In this document: piece after piece, positions 1 to 9,466 of the stretch
How the letters are laid out: each line of letters begins with the position of its first letter
Position numbering within the stretch: the stretch's first letter is position 1
Origin: an uncultured Chromatiales bacterium
Lineage (GTDB): Bacteria; Pseudomonadota; Gammaproteobacteria; Poriferisulfidales; Oxydemutatoraceae
Direction of reading: 5' to 3'
Assembly (NCBI GenBank): GCA_964347615.1
Contig: CAYFZO010000002.1
Coordinates: 22,261-86,260, forward strand
Length of the DNA stretch: 64,000 nt
The notes under the pieces: generated by a model
The model's input: only the letters and a program-made list of their open reading frames with translations
Told to the model about the DNA's origin: nothing
Database searches by the model: none
Position numbers and translations under genes: made by a program

Positions 1-100
1 GCGCAGAGAGGCGTTCGATTCACGCCGGAGACGGGGACATACGAGTGACGGGGAAGCGTCCGCAACCCTGCCTCGGTCGCGTTGACTCGGCAAGCGGACT

Positions 101-928
101 TCAGAAAAAAACGGGCTTTCTGCGGTGGTAGTACTTGACGTCGCGGAAGCTGCCGGCGCTGTCGCTGACGCCGAGGTACAGTTCCTTGACGTCCTCGCGC
201 CCGCGCATGGCGGCGGCTTCGCCTTTCAGCATGACGCGCCCGTTTTCCATGATGTAGCCGTAATCAGCGTAACGCAACGCAATCATCGCGTTCTGTTCGG
301 CGACCAGAAAACTGACGCCTTCCTGTTGGTTCAACTTGCTGATGATCCTGAAAACTTCCTCGACGAACTGAGGGGCAAGCCCCATCGAAGGCTCGTCGAG
401 CAGAATCAATTTCGGAGACGCCATCAGCGCGCGCCCGATCGCGGTCATCTGTTGTTCGCCGCCTGAAATCAACCCGGCGGGGCTTTTGCGCCGGTCCTTG
501 ATCCGGGGAAAGTAGCTGTACACCATCTCCAAGCTGCGCCTGACGTCAGCGTGGCTCGCGGTCTTGCGGATGAAAGAGCCGGTCAGCAGATTCTCCTCGA
601 CCGTCAAATGCGAAAAGCAGTGTCGTCCCTCAAGCACCTGCACCACTCCTTCGTCCACCAGGTCGCTGGGAGACATCTCGGCGACGTCGCGGCCCGAAAG
701 TTCAATCGTCCCCTTGGTAACCATGCCGCGTTCGGCGGGCAACAGGTTGGAGCACGCTTTGAGGGTGGTCGTCTTGCCGGCGCCGTTTGCACCGAGCAGG
801 GAAATCACCTTGCCTTTCGGAACGTCGAGCGTGACGCCTCTAAGCGCCAATATCACCTGGTTGTAAACAGCCTCGATATTGTTGACGCTCAACAACGGCT
901 GCGTCTGCTCTGACTGGGACTGGGACAT
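101..928 (-). CDS. livF: branched-chain amino acid (Liv-type) ABC transporter ATP-binding protein LivF
   Basis: 275-aa ORF with Walker A GANGAGKTT, ABC signature LSGGEQQ and LILLDEP Walker B. Last gene of a minus-strand LivGHM-SBP-F cluster. Confidence 0.9.
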   Translation of the reverse strand: MSQSQSEQTQPLLSVNNIEAVYNQVILALRGVTLDVPKGKVISLLGANGAGKTTTLKACSNLLPAERGMVTKGTIELSGRDVAEMSPSDLVDEGVVQVLEGRHCFSHLTVEENLLTGSFIRKTASHADVRRSLEMVYSYFPRIKDRRKSPAGLISGGEQQMTAIGRALMASPKLILLDEPSMGLAPQFVEEVFRIISKLNQQEGVSFLVAEQNAMIALRYADYGYIMENGRVMLKGEAAAMRGREDVKELYLGVSDSAGSFRDVKYYHRRKPVFF

Positions 929-1022
929 GATGCGTATTCTACAGGCAAAAAAAAGGGCAAGGGAAGCGGTTATCCCTCCCTTGCCCCCGGTTGTTATGAC
1001 GTATCAGCCAATAAATCAGGCT

Positions 1023-2372
1023 TTAGATGTCAAAGTTGTCGCGCGACTCGGGATCGCTGCAATCACGCTTCGGAAACTCCGGATGCTCCGCCGCGTATTT
1101 CTCGGCGTTTTCATCAACGACTTGCTGAGAAAAGTCGCTGCGGCCTTCAATCCAGCCGCTGATGAGTTTCCACTTACGCGCGTTCGCGTCCCACTGCTGG
1201 AAACGCGCCTTGTGCAGCGCCGCGTGGTCGAGGCAGGTCACCTTAATCGGAGGCACCACGTCGGCGAGCCCCATCGTGTCCAGGTCCGCTTGGGTCAGCT
1301 CGATATTCTCGAAGCCCCAACGCACCATTGAACTGGTCAGCTCCTTGCCGAAACGCTTTTGCGCCACGCGGATAGCCTCGGAAGACATCACCGCAGCCCA
1401 GATTCCCAGGTTCCAGTAGACGCTGCCGATGCGGCTTTTGTCTTCCAGGTCACCTTTGCCGGCGTTGTAAAGCCGGTCGATGATTTCCTGAGCCGCAGGG
1501 AAGTCGGCGCCCGCCCGGTGGACGGTCACCGCCTGATAGCCGTTGGCGGCCTTACCTGCGGGAATAACGTCCTCGTCGGAGTTACTCCACTCGTTTCCGA
1601 TCAGCCGCGACACGGAATAACCGTTGCGCACGGCCGTCTGCATCGCAACCGGGTTCATGACGCCCCAGCCACGCAGGAAAACGAACGCAGGCTTCAGTCT
1701 GCGGATCTTCAGCCATTGAGCACCTTGCTCGTTGCCGGGATGCGGCACTTCGATCGGCACGTGCTCAAAGCCGTATTGCTCCCCAAGCGAGGTGAGGAAC
1801 TCGTTGGCTTCGCGGCCGTACGGGGAGCCGTGAAACAGAGTCACGATTTTTTCACCCTTCAGCTTGTCGATGCCGCCGAGCTGCGAACCCATGTGCTTAA
1901 TCGTCGCATACGCGAAGTCATAAGCGTTGGTGCCCAACGGAAACTGATACGGAAACACGTCGCCGCGCTCCGTCTCGGTTCTGCCGTGGTTCACGCTGAT
2001 GATCGAGAGCTTGTCTTTGCGCCCTTGTTCGATCAGCGAGGATGAAATACCGACACTCAACGGGTCAAAGTAAAGCGCTTCACCCAGCTCGCCTTTCTTT
2101 TGGCGGTGGTAGCACTCGATGCCTTTGGTGCGGTTGTACTCCGTTTCGCATTCATCCCAGACAATCTTGACGCCGCCGATGCCACCATCGCGCTCATTCA
2201 GAAGGTTATAGTAATCAATAATCCCCCCGAAGTAGCCCGTGCCACCGGCCGCATACGGACCGACTCTATATACCGGCATCGGTACATAGTAGTCCGCGAC
2301 TGCCGCGCTGGCGAACAACAACATTGCCACCAGACTGGATGCAGCTACTAAAAGTTTTCTCATGAGAAACAC
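1023..2372 (-). CDS. Liv-type ABC transporter periplasmic substrate-binding protein (branched-chain amino acid/amide family)
   Basis: 449-aa ORF with a hydrophobic N-terminal signal peptide (LLVAASSLVAMLLFASAAVA) followed by a type I periplasmic binding fold. Sits between the permease and ATPase genes. Confidence 0.8.
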   Translation of the reverse strand: MFLMRKLLVAASSLVAMLLFASAAVADYYVPMPVYRVGPYAAGGTGYFGGIIDYYNLLNERDGGIGGVKIVWDECETEYNRTKGIECYHRQKKGELGEALYFDPLSVGISSSLIEQGRKDKLSIISVNHGRTETERGDVFPYQFPLGTNAYDFAYATIKHMGSQLGGIDKLKGEKIVTLFHGSPYGREANEFLTSLGEQYGFEHVPIEVPHPGNEQGAQWLKIRRLKPAFVFLRGWGVMNPVAMQTAVRNGYSVSRLIGNEWSNSDEDVIPAGKAANGYQAVTVHRAGADFPAAQEIIDRLYNAGKGDLEDKSRIGSVYWNLGIWAAVMSSEAIRVAQKRFGKELTSSMVRWGFENIELTQADLDTMGLADVVPPIKVTCLDHAALHKARFQQWDANARKWKLISGWIEGRSDFSQQVVDENAEKYAAEHPEFPKRDCSDPESRDNFDI

Positions 2373-2597
2373 TCCTTAAAGTATTCAGCTTATCGGCATG
2401 AATTCAGTTTTGATGCATTCATGCAGACTCGCATTTCTATTGATACTCCACTCAAAAACTTTTGGGGAGTATTTTGTTTTGGGCTATTAGCCTATTACTT
2501 TTGAAAAATAACGCAATACCCAAATAAGCTATTGATAATCAAGGCCAAGCCTATCGCCGGCCGCCCGATACATCACTAAAGGGAGAGGGGGGAAGAA

Positions 2598-3734
2598 TCA
2601 GTGTGCAAACGGCCAGCTCCTGAGCTTCTCCTTATACCGCTGCCACAAAGCCGCAAACCCGCCGGGCTCCTTGATCAGCAACAGGATAATCACCACCCCG
2701 GTCAGCACCTTGGCAAGGTTTTCCACGAAGGCGGAGTCGAGCGCGCCGCCGAGCATCTTATCGCCGATGAAACTGATGACGATGTCGAACAGATACACGA
2801 AAGAGGCGCCCATAAATGCGCCCGAAATGGTCCCCAGCCCTCCGATGATAATCATGAACAGCACCTGGAAGGCACGATCGAGCTCGTGCATCCTGAGGTC
2901 TATGTTGGTTGTGTACGAGAACGAGAACAGCGCGCCGGCGATCCCGATGTAGAAAGTGCTGATGAAGAACGCGATCAACTTCGTCGCCGCAACCCGGATC
3001 CCGATGACGCTGGCGGCGATGTCCATGTCCCTGACCGCCATCATGTTCCTGCCGAAAGCGCTGCGCGTGAGGTTTTTGGCGATCACCGTCAACGCAATCA
3101 GGAAAAGAAGCACCAGATAATACTTGCCGGTCGTGGAATTGAGGTTGATTGTCGTGAGAGCGGGGAGGAAATAGTTTTCCGGGTCGAACGTGATCCAAGT
3201 CATTTCGTAGTAACGCGACGACAGCAAGACCACCCCGGCGCGGTCATAGTTGACGAAGTAGGTGTAGGTCCTGAAGAACCACAAGATGAAGTAATGCGCG
3301 GCGAGAGTGGAGACGATCAGATAGAAGCCTTTGATTCTGATGCTGGGCAGACCGAAAATAACGCCGGCCAAACCGGTCACGATGCCGCCCATGATGAACG
3401 CCAGCGGCAACGGCATGTCAAACGGGATGGTCTCGCCGTCGAAGCGGTAGATGAAATTGAACGTCATGATCGCCCCCATCAGCATGAAACCGCCGGTGCC
3501 GAGCGAGAGCTGTCCGGTGTAACCGGTCACGATGTTGAGCCCCAGTGCCGCCAAGGAGAAAACCATCAGAGGGATCAGGATCGCAGACAACCAATAGTCG
3601 TCGCCGATTTCGGGCACGATGAACAACATCACCGCCAAAATCGCGTAGATGAACCAGCGGTCCTGGCGCAGGGGCAGCATCCGCCGGTCCTGCAGATAGT
3701 GAGTGATGATCTGTCTGCCTTCTCGGTAAAACAC
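2598..3734 (-). CDS. livM: Liv-type ABC transporter permease LivM
   Basis: 378-aa polytopic membrane protein of the BPD_transp_2 family, lying between livH and the SBP gene. Confidence 0.85.
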   Translation of the reverse strand: MFYREGRQIITHYLQDRRMLPLRQDRWFIYAILAVMLFIVPEIGDDYWLSAILIPLMVFSLAALGLNIVTGYTGQLSLGTGGFMLMGAIMTFNFIYRFDGETIPFDMPLPLAFIMGGIVTGLAGVIFGLPSIRIKGFYLIVSTLAAHYFILWFFRTYTYFVNYDRAGVVLLSSRYYEMTWITFDPENYFLPALTTINLNSTTGKYYLVLLFLIALTVIAKNLTRSAFGRNMMAVRDMDIAASVIGIRVAATKLIAFFISTFYIGIAGALFSFSYTTNIDLRMHELDRAFQVLFMIIIGGLGTISGAFMGASFVYLFDIVISFIGDKMLGGALDSAFVENLAKVLTGVVIILLLIKEPGGFAALWQRYKEKLRSWPFAH

Positions 3735-3737
3735 GGT

Positions 3738-4661
3738 TCAGACCCTGTCTATGCCTTTTTCACCGAACAGCCCGGCCGGTCTCAGCAGGATGAACAACAT
3801 CGCAACCAAATAGCCGAACCAGTTTTCGATGCCTTGTCCGCCGAACAGGTCGGCAACGTAAATTTCGCCGAGCTTTTCAGCCACGCCGATCAGCAACCCC
3901 CCGACGATGGCGCCGGGTATCGAGGTCAGGCCGCCGATCAGGATCACCGGCAGACCTTTGAGCACCACCGCGGTCAAAGTGAACGACACGCTGATCCGGT
4001 CGGCCCACAGCAGTCCCGCGACCAGCCCGATGATGCCGGTCACCGCCCATACGATGCCCCAGATACGCGACAGCGGGATGCCGACGGCCATCGCCGCCAT
4101 GTGATCGTCGGAGACCGCACGCAGCGACATGCCGGTCTTGGTCTTCTGGAAGAAGAGCGACATCCCGAGGATCATCGTGCCCGCGACAATCGCCGCGAAG
4201 ATGTCAAAGGACGAAATGAGAATGTCGAGCCACGGTACGTAGTCGGCGACGAATATGGGGTCGGGACTCAGCAACTGGAAGTCGAAAAACTCCGACAGCT
4301 TAAGCCCGTGCACCGCCGAGTCCCAGATGCCTTGGGAGAAGCCTTCCAGGAAAACGCTGAGACCCACCGTCGCCATGAACAGCGACAACAGAGATTGGTT
4401 GGCGAGCGGGCGCATGATGAAACGCTCGATCAGCAAGCCCATTATGACCATTGCGCCGAGCGTCAGGATGAACGCGTACCAGAACGACACGCCCTGTTCG
4501 GTCATCTTGACGAAAGTTAAGCCGGCAAACAGCAACATTGTGCCCTGCGCGAAGTTGAACACCCCGGAAGACTTGTAGATCAGGACGAAGCCGATTGCGA
4601 CCAGCGAGTACATGATCCCGCTGAGCAATCCGACGACGACGGTTTCAATGAAAAACAGCAT
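3738..4661 (-). CDS. livH: Liv-type ABC transporter permease LivH
   Basis: 307-aa hydrophobic permease. The 3-nt gap to livM suggests tight translational coupling. Confidence 0.9.
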   Translation of the reverse strand: MLFFIETVVVGLLSGIMYSLVAIGFVLIYKSSGVFNFAQGTMLLFAGLTFVKMTEQGVSFWYAFILTLGAMVIMGLLIERFIMRPLANQSLLSLFMATVGLSVFLEGFSQGIWDSAVHGLKLSEFFDFQLLSPDPIFVADYVPWLDILISSFDIFAAIVAGTMILGMSLFFQKTKTGMSLRAVSDDHMAAMAVGIPLSRIWGIVWAVTGIIGLVAGLLWADRISVSFTLTAVVLKGLPVILIGGLTSIPGAIVGGLLIGVAEKLGEIYVADLFGGQGIENWFGYLVAMLFILLRPAGLFGEKGIDRV

Positions 4662-4690
4662 GTCGGTTGCTCTTGCGCCAGGCCCCCAGA

Positions 4691-5512
4691 TTAATGCGAA
4701 GTCCCGAGATAGGCTTCGATGACTTTCTCGTTCTTCTTGATTTCATCGGGCGTGCCGTCACCTATCTTCTCACCGTAGTCCATCACGATGACGTGGTCGG
4801 AAATGTCCATCACGACGCTCATATCGTGCTCTATCGCAACGATGGTGGTACCGAGCTCGCGGTTGATTTCCATGATGAAACAAGACATGTCCTGCTTTTC
4901 CTCGAGGTTCATGCCGGCCATCGGCTCGTCCAGCAGCAGCATCTTGGGCTCCATCGCCATCGCCCGGCCCAGTTCGACGCGCTTTTGCAGACCGTAGGAA
5001 AGCTTGCTGACCGGGGTGTTGCGGATTGACTGAATCTGCAAAAACTCGATGATCTCCTCGACTTTCTCCCGGTGTTTAACCTCTTCGCTGCGAGACCTGC
5101 CGAAATACACCATCTGCTCGACGAAAGTCGACTTAATCTTCAGATTCCTGCCGGTCATGATGTTCTCCAGGACCGTCATCCCTTGAAACAGGGCGATGTT
5201 TTGAAAAGTGCGCGCGATTCCCCGCACCGCGGCGTCGTGCGCCCGCATGCGCTTGGCGGTGTACCCGTCAAACGTAATCGTGCCTTGCTGTGCACGGTAC
5301 ACGCCGTTGATGAGGTTCAACATCGAACTTTTGCCCGCGCCGTTCGGTCCAATCAACGCACAGATCTCGTTTTCGATTACGTCGAAACTGATGTCGGCGA
5401 TCGCTTGGACCCCCTTGAAGCTCAGCGAAATGTTCTTGACGCTCAACAGCGGCCGACGCCCGCCGGAAGAAGCTGATTTGGATTCGGTCGGCATATCGGA
5501 TGGTACCCTCAA
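4691..5512 (-). CDS. livG: Liv-type ABC transporter ATP-binding protein LivG
   Basis: Walker A GPNGAGKSS, signature LSYGLQKR and LLLDEP. Its 5' end overlaps the upstream ligase gene by 4 nt. Confidence 0.9.
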   Translation of the reverse strand: MRVPSDMPTESKSASSGGRRPLLSVKNISLSFKGVQAIADISFDVIENEICALIGPNGAGKSSMLNLINGVYRAQQGTITFDGYTAKRMRAHDAAVRGIARTFQNIALFQGMTVLENIMTGRNLKIKSTFVEQMVYFGRSRSEEVKHREKVEEIIEFLQIQSIRNTPVSKLSYGLQKRVELGRAMAMEPKMLLLDEPMAGMNLEEKQDMSCFIMEINRELGTTIVAIEHDMSVVMDISDHVIVMDYGEKIGDGTPDEIKKNEKVIEAYLGTSH

Positions 5513-7353
5513 AAGCTTGAGATTCGGAAATCGATCCGGGAGCCGCTGCGCGGGTCGTCGAAAGCGAAGCTCTCCTGCCCGGCGTGCAGCGCCTGAAGCA
5601 TAGCGGAAAAGTGCTCCGCCATCACGCTTCTGCGCATTTTATGGGTCCACGTGAGCTCCTCGGTCTGCGGCGCCAGCTGCCGGTTGAAAATCAGAAAGTG
5701 CGCGACTTCAGGCTGGTCGCCCGCGGCGGCAAGACGCCGGTTCGCTTCCTCGACCTCCTGCCTGATCAACGCCAAAACTTCCGGTTTGGACGCCAGATCC
5801 GCGTAACCGGTGTAGCGAACGTCGTTGTGGTTGGCCCAAGCGCTGACGGTCTCGCCGTCTATCGTGACGACGGCGACGAGAGACTCCTCTCCGTCGCCGT
5901 GGACAAAAGCCTCGTTGACGTAGAGAGACTCCTTGATTTCCCTCTCTATCACTTTCGGCATGAAAGTCGCGCCGTCGCGTAACTTGCCGAGCGCCGACAG
6001 TCGGTCCACCACCGTCAGCTCGCCGCTGCCGCTCATCACACCGACGTCGCCGGTGTGAAACCAACCGTCTTGGTCCAAGGCCGCGGCGGACGTGGCTTCA
6101 TCCTCGTAATATTCGGTGCAGACGTTCTCGCCTCTGCACATCACTTCGCCGTTGGCGGCAATCTTTACTTCCATGCCGCTCACCGCGTGCCCGACGTTTT
6201 TCTCGGTTCTTTCCTCGACCTGCATGGTGGTGAATCCAAGCGTTTCGGTGGTGCCGTAAATTTGCTTCAGCTCGATGCCGAGCGAGTCGAAAAACATGAA
6301 TACGTCCCTGCTGATTGCGTCGCCCCCGGTAAAGGCAACGCGCAAATGGTTAAGGCCGTAGAGCTCGCGTATCGGCACGGCCACCAGAACGTCTCCCAGA
6401 AGCGAACGCTTGTTGCGCGACGCATCCCCCCCGTTCTCCATTCTTTTCATGTAATTATCGTACAGCCGTCTCGACAACCCCCGGGTCAACTCGATACGTT
6501 CACGGATCGTCGCGCGAATCTGCTTGTACACGTGGGGCGGCGCGAACAGAACCGACGGAGACACTTCACGCAGGTTCTCCATCACGGTTTCGGCGTTCTC
6601 GGGACAACTCAGGCACATGCCGGTGACGTGCGACAGGATGTAACCGCAAAGCAGATTGGTGGGCAAGAAAATCGGCATGAACGAAAGCACTTCGTCGGCC
6701 TCGGTTACTTTTTCGGCCTCGGCGACGTACTCCGCGACGTTGATGACGTGGCGGTGGCGCAGAACCAACGCTTTCGGATGCACCTCGACGCCTGAGGTGA
6801 ACAGGATCAACGCCGGATCGTCACCGCTGCCGGCGGCCACCGCTTCCGTGTAACAGCCAGGGTGTGCCGCGAGGTATTCGTCGCCGCGCTTTTGGACGCC
6901 CTCGAAATCACGCACCAGGCGCGGGTCGTAGCCGCTCATGCCCCGCCCGGCGGTGTAAATGATGAGCTCGAACGAAATTCCCAAGGAAGCCAAGCCGAGC
7001 ACGGCGTCCACCTGCTGCTGGTCTTCAGCCACCACGTAACGAGGAGCAACCTTCTTCAGTCTCTCGACGAGCTCTTCACCCGCAAGGTTGCCGTAAATCG
7101 GCATCGGTACCGCACCGATGGACTGACACGCGGTGATCGCGCAGAAAATGCGGGGGACGTTGCCGCCGATAACCGCAACCGCGTCTCCCTTGACCACTCC
7201 CGCGTCGGCAAGACCGCAAGCAAAACGGCGCACTTCAACCTGCACGTCGTCCCACGTCAAACTCTTCCACAATCCCAATCTCTTGGCGCGCATGGCCACT
7301 TTGGCGCCGCGGGTCCGGGCTTGATGGCTCAGTAGCTGGGGAAGCGTATTCAT
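5509..7353 (-). CDS. AMP-dependent synthetase/ligase (acyl-CoA synthetase family) associated with the Liv-type transporter
   Basis: Class I adenylate-forming enzyme motifs (FTSG...PKA, YGTTE, GWFHTGD) are present. I set the start at the ATG at 7351-7353 (MNTLPQL...); the longer track ORF (to 7503) adds a non-conserved arginine-rich extension. Confidence 0.8.
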   Translation of the reverse strand: MNTLPQLLSHQARTRGAKVAMRAKRLGLWKSLTWDDVQVEVRRFACGLADAGVVKGDAVAVIGGNVPRIFCAITACQSIGAVPMPIYGNLAGEELVERLKKVAPRYVVAEDQQQVDAVLGLASLGISFELIIYTAGRGMSGYDPRLVRDFEGVQKRGDEYLAAHPGCYTEAVAAGSGDDPALILFTSGVEVHPKALVLRHRHVINVAEYVAEAEKVTEADEVLSFMPIFLPTNLLCGYILSHVTGMCLSCPENAETVMENLREVSPSVLFAPPHVYKQIRATIRERIELTRGLSRRLYDNYMKRMENGGDASRNKRSLLGDVLVAVPIRELYGLNHLRVAFTGGDAISRDVFMFFDSLGIELKQIYGTTETLGFTTMQVEERTEKNVGHAVSGMEVKIAANGEVMCRGENVCTEYYEDEATSAAALDQDGWFHTGDVGVMSGSGELTVVDRLSALGKLRDGATFMPKVIEREIKESLYVNEAFVHGDGEESLVAVVTIDGETVSAWANHNDVRYTGYADLASKPEVLALIRQEVEEANRRLAAAGDQPEVAHFLIFNRQLAPQTEELTWTHKMRRSVMAEHFSAMLQALHAGQESFAFDDPRSGSRIDFRISSF

Positions 7354-7598
7354 GATTTTTTTAAACGAATCTTGCGCACCGTTGTTTATTTCATCATGCA
7401 AGCCGCCCACCAACTTCGTGCGCCCTGATAATATAAAAAAGCCGTTCGCCTCGGCGAGCGGCGGGCGCATTGTTGTTCCGCGAGGGCGGCAAAAGGTTAG
7501 CATTAATGCACAACCCCCCCCATAAATGCAAGTTTCGCCGAAATCCGGGGCATTTCACCGAACCCGCCCGGCGAATCCCGCCCGGGCGGTGCCGCAGG

Positions 7599-8972
7599 AT
7601 GCAGCTCGGGCTTGCGTTCGCAACGGTTGCCGTGGTTACGTCGGCCTGCAACGTGAATCAGCCGCCGGCGCACGAGAACCGGCTTTACGCCGTCGTCCGC
7701 ACCACGCCGGCCGCGTGGTATTTCGAAAGGGATACCAGCAAAGGCATCGACCACGATTTGCTGACGCTGTTCGCCGAGTCGCTGGACCTGGAACTCGAAA
7801 TCGACTACGTTCCCAACACCGCCGCCGCGCTCGACGCCCTGTGCAACCCCCGGGGACAGTTGGCCGTCGGGCTGCTGACGTCGCCGTCCGCCGGCAGCGA
7901 CAAATTCCGTGCCGGACCCCGCTACGGCGCACTGAGACAGCAGTTGCTCCGCCGTTTCGACCAACCCCACCCGTCGAGCACCACCGAACTGGTCATGAAG
8001 GACGTCGAGGTAGGCGCGGAACCGGCGCAAATCGAAACCCTGCGCCGCCTCAAGCAACGCAACGGCGATCTGACCCGATTGAACGTCCACGAAGATCTCA
8101 GCCCGCACGACCTGATTGAACTGACCGACCGGGGGTTCGTCGAATATACGGTTGCCGATTCACACGCAGTGAGGATGACCAAGCGTTTTTACCCGCGCAT
8201 AAAAGAAACCTTTGACCTCAGCGGCGAACTGCCGTTGCACTGGATATTCGGAGAATGCGCCGGCGACCGAATCGTTTCTTCGGCGGAGGCGTTTTTCGCA
8301 AGCGCCGAAACGAACGGAACACTCAAGCAAATCTTCGACCGCTACCACGGGCACGCGACGCAACTCAGCTACCCCGAAAAATTAACCTTCATAGAAAACG
8401 TTCAGCGGCGACTCGGACGATACAAACCGTTGTTCGTCGAAGCCGCCCGCGAGACCGGTCTCGACTGGAGGCTGCTGGCCGCGCTGGGGTACCAGGAATC
8501 CCGCTGGAACCCGAAAGCGCACTCGCCGAGCGGGGTCGAAGGACTGATGATGCTGACCTTGGAGGCAGCCAAACAAGTCAACGTTTGGGACCGCAACGAC
8601 CCCTACCAAAGCATCATCGGCGGCGCGCACTTTCTGCTCGACCTCAAAAAGCGGCTTCCCTCCGGGGTCGAGGAACCCGACCGCACCTGGTTCGCTCTGG
8701 CGGCCTACAACACCGGTCTCGCCCGCGTCGAAAGAGCGATGAAAGCCGCACGCGACAAGGGGCGCAATTCCCTGCTGTGGGTCGAAGTGCGCGATTTCCT
8801 GCGCACCTCCCCATCCAAGCACAAACGTCCTCTGAACGTCCCCCTCACCTTCGTCTACAACGTGCGCGCTTACCGCGACGTGTTGGCGTGGTCCGACGGC
8901 GCGTTGCGTTTCGACGTGCACGGCGAAGCGCCGAAAGCGCCCAAGCTACCTAGTGCCCCGGCGCCGATTTGA
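7599..8972 (+). CDS. mltF: membrane-bound lytic murein transglycosylase F
   Basis: N-terminal solute-binding-protein family 3-like domain plus C-terminal SLT domain containing the catalytic LGYQESRWNP motif. I placed the start at the ATG at 7599 (MQLGLAFATVAV signal peptide); the upstream track start at 7470 is unsupported. Confidence 0.85.
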   Translation: MQLGLAFATVAVVTSACNVNQPPAHENRLYAVVRTTPAAWYFERDTSKGIDHDLLTLFAESLDLELEIDYVPNTAAALDALCNPRGQLAVGLLTSPSAGSDKFRAGPRYGALRQQLLRRFDQPHPSSTTELVMKDVEVGAEPAQIETLRRLKQRNGDLTRLNVHEDLSPHDLIELTDRGFVEYTVADSHAVRMTKRFYPRIKETFDLSGELPLHWIFGECAGDRIVSSAEAFFASAETNGTLKQIFDRYHGHATQLSYPEKLTFIENVQRRLGRYKPLFVEAARETGLDWRLLAALGYQESRWNPKAHSPSGVEGLMMLTLEAAKQVNVWDRNDPYQSIIGGAHFLLDLKKRLPSGVEEPDRTWFALAAYNTGLARVERAMKAARDKGRNSLLWVEVRDFLRTSPSKHKRPLNVPLTFVYNVRAYRDVLAWSDGALRFDVHGEAPKAPKLPSAPAPI

Positions 8973-9432
8973 CCGCACCTCCGCCCTTTCGCGCCTGCTT
9001 CCGCTTGCGTCTGTCCTCGAAAAACGCCTGCAACAGGGCTGCACAATCCTCCGCGAGCACGCCGCCGCTGACCTCGAGACGATGATTGAACGCGGCAGCG
9101 GCGCGCAGGTCGAGCACGCCGCCGAGAACCCCGCTTTTCGGGTCGCGCGCGCCGAACACCAGCCGCCGAATCCGTGCGTGGACCGCGGCACCGAAACACA
9201 TCGCACAAGGTTCAAGCGTCACATACAAGACCGCGCCGGTGAGGCGGTAATTACCGAGCACTCGGGCGGCTTCACGCAAAGCCAAGACCTCGGCGTGGGC
9301 GGTGGGATCGTTTGCCCCGATCGGGGCGTTGCGGGCGCGGGCGACAACTTCTTGCCCCGCCGCGACCACCGCACCGACCGGGGTTTCGCCGGAATCGGCG
9401 GCAAGCTGCGCCTGCTCCAGAGCGCAACGCAT
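8950..9432 (-). CDS. tadA: tRNA-specific adenosine deaminase
   Basis: Cytidine/deoxycytidylate deaminase zinc motifs HAEVLAL and PCAMC are present. I trimmed the start to the ATG at 9430-9432 (MRCALEQA...). Lies downstream of guaA. Its 3' end overlaps mltF convergently by 23 nt. Confidence 0.85.
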   Translation of the reverse strand: MRCALEQAQLAADSGETPVGAVVAAGQEVVARARNAPIGANDPTAHAEVLALREAARVLGNYRLTGAVLYVTLEPCAMCFGAAVHARIRRLVFGARDPKSGVLGGVLDLRAAAAFNHRLEVSGGVLAEDCAALLQAFFEDRRKRKQARKGGGAVKSAPGH

Positions 9433-9466
9433 GAAATCGACGTCGGAGCGCGTCACGGCGAAGACC

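Noticed and set aside
2601-4520. 639-aa plus-strand ORF antisense to livM/livH. Similar very long antisense ORFs occur at 31238..32821, 35062..37434, 40970..42217, 49129..51252 and 59399..61660.
   Set aside because: Each lies opposite a gene with strong, motif-level homology (permeases, yhdP, proA/nadD, leuS, TonB receptor, hsdR). Their translations are Arg/Ala/Gly/Pro-rich low-complexity sequences typical of stop-codon-poor antisense frames in about 65% GC DNA.
5509-7503. Track start at 7503 for the AMP-dependent ligase, and analogous long N-terminal extensions for mltF (7470), tadA (9591), yhdP (34045), proA (37260), manC (43956), phoH (47765), wbpM (53765) and the zeta-like kinase (55680)
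   Set aside because: The extensions are arginine-rich, lack homology and overlap the upstream gene or promoter. Internal ATGs with RBS-like sequences coincide with the conserved protein N-termini, so shorter coordinates were reported.
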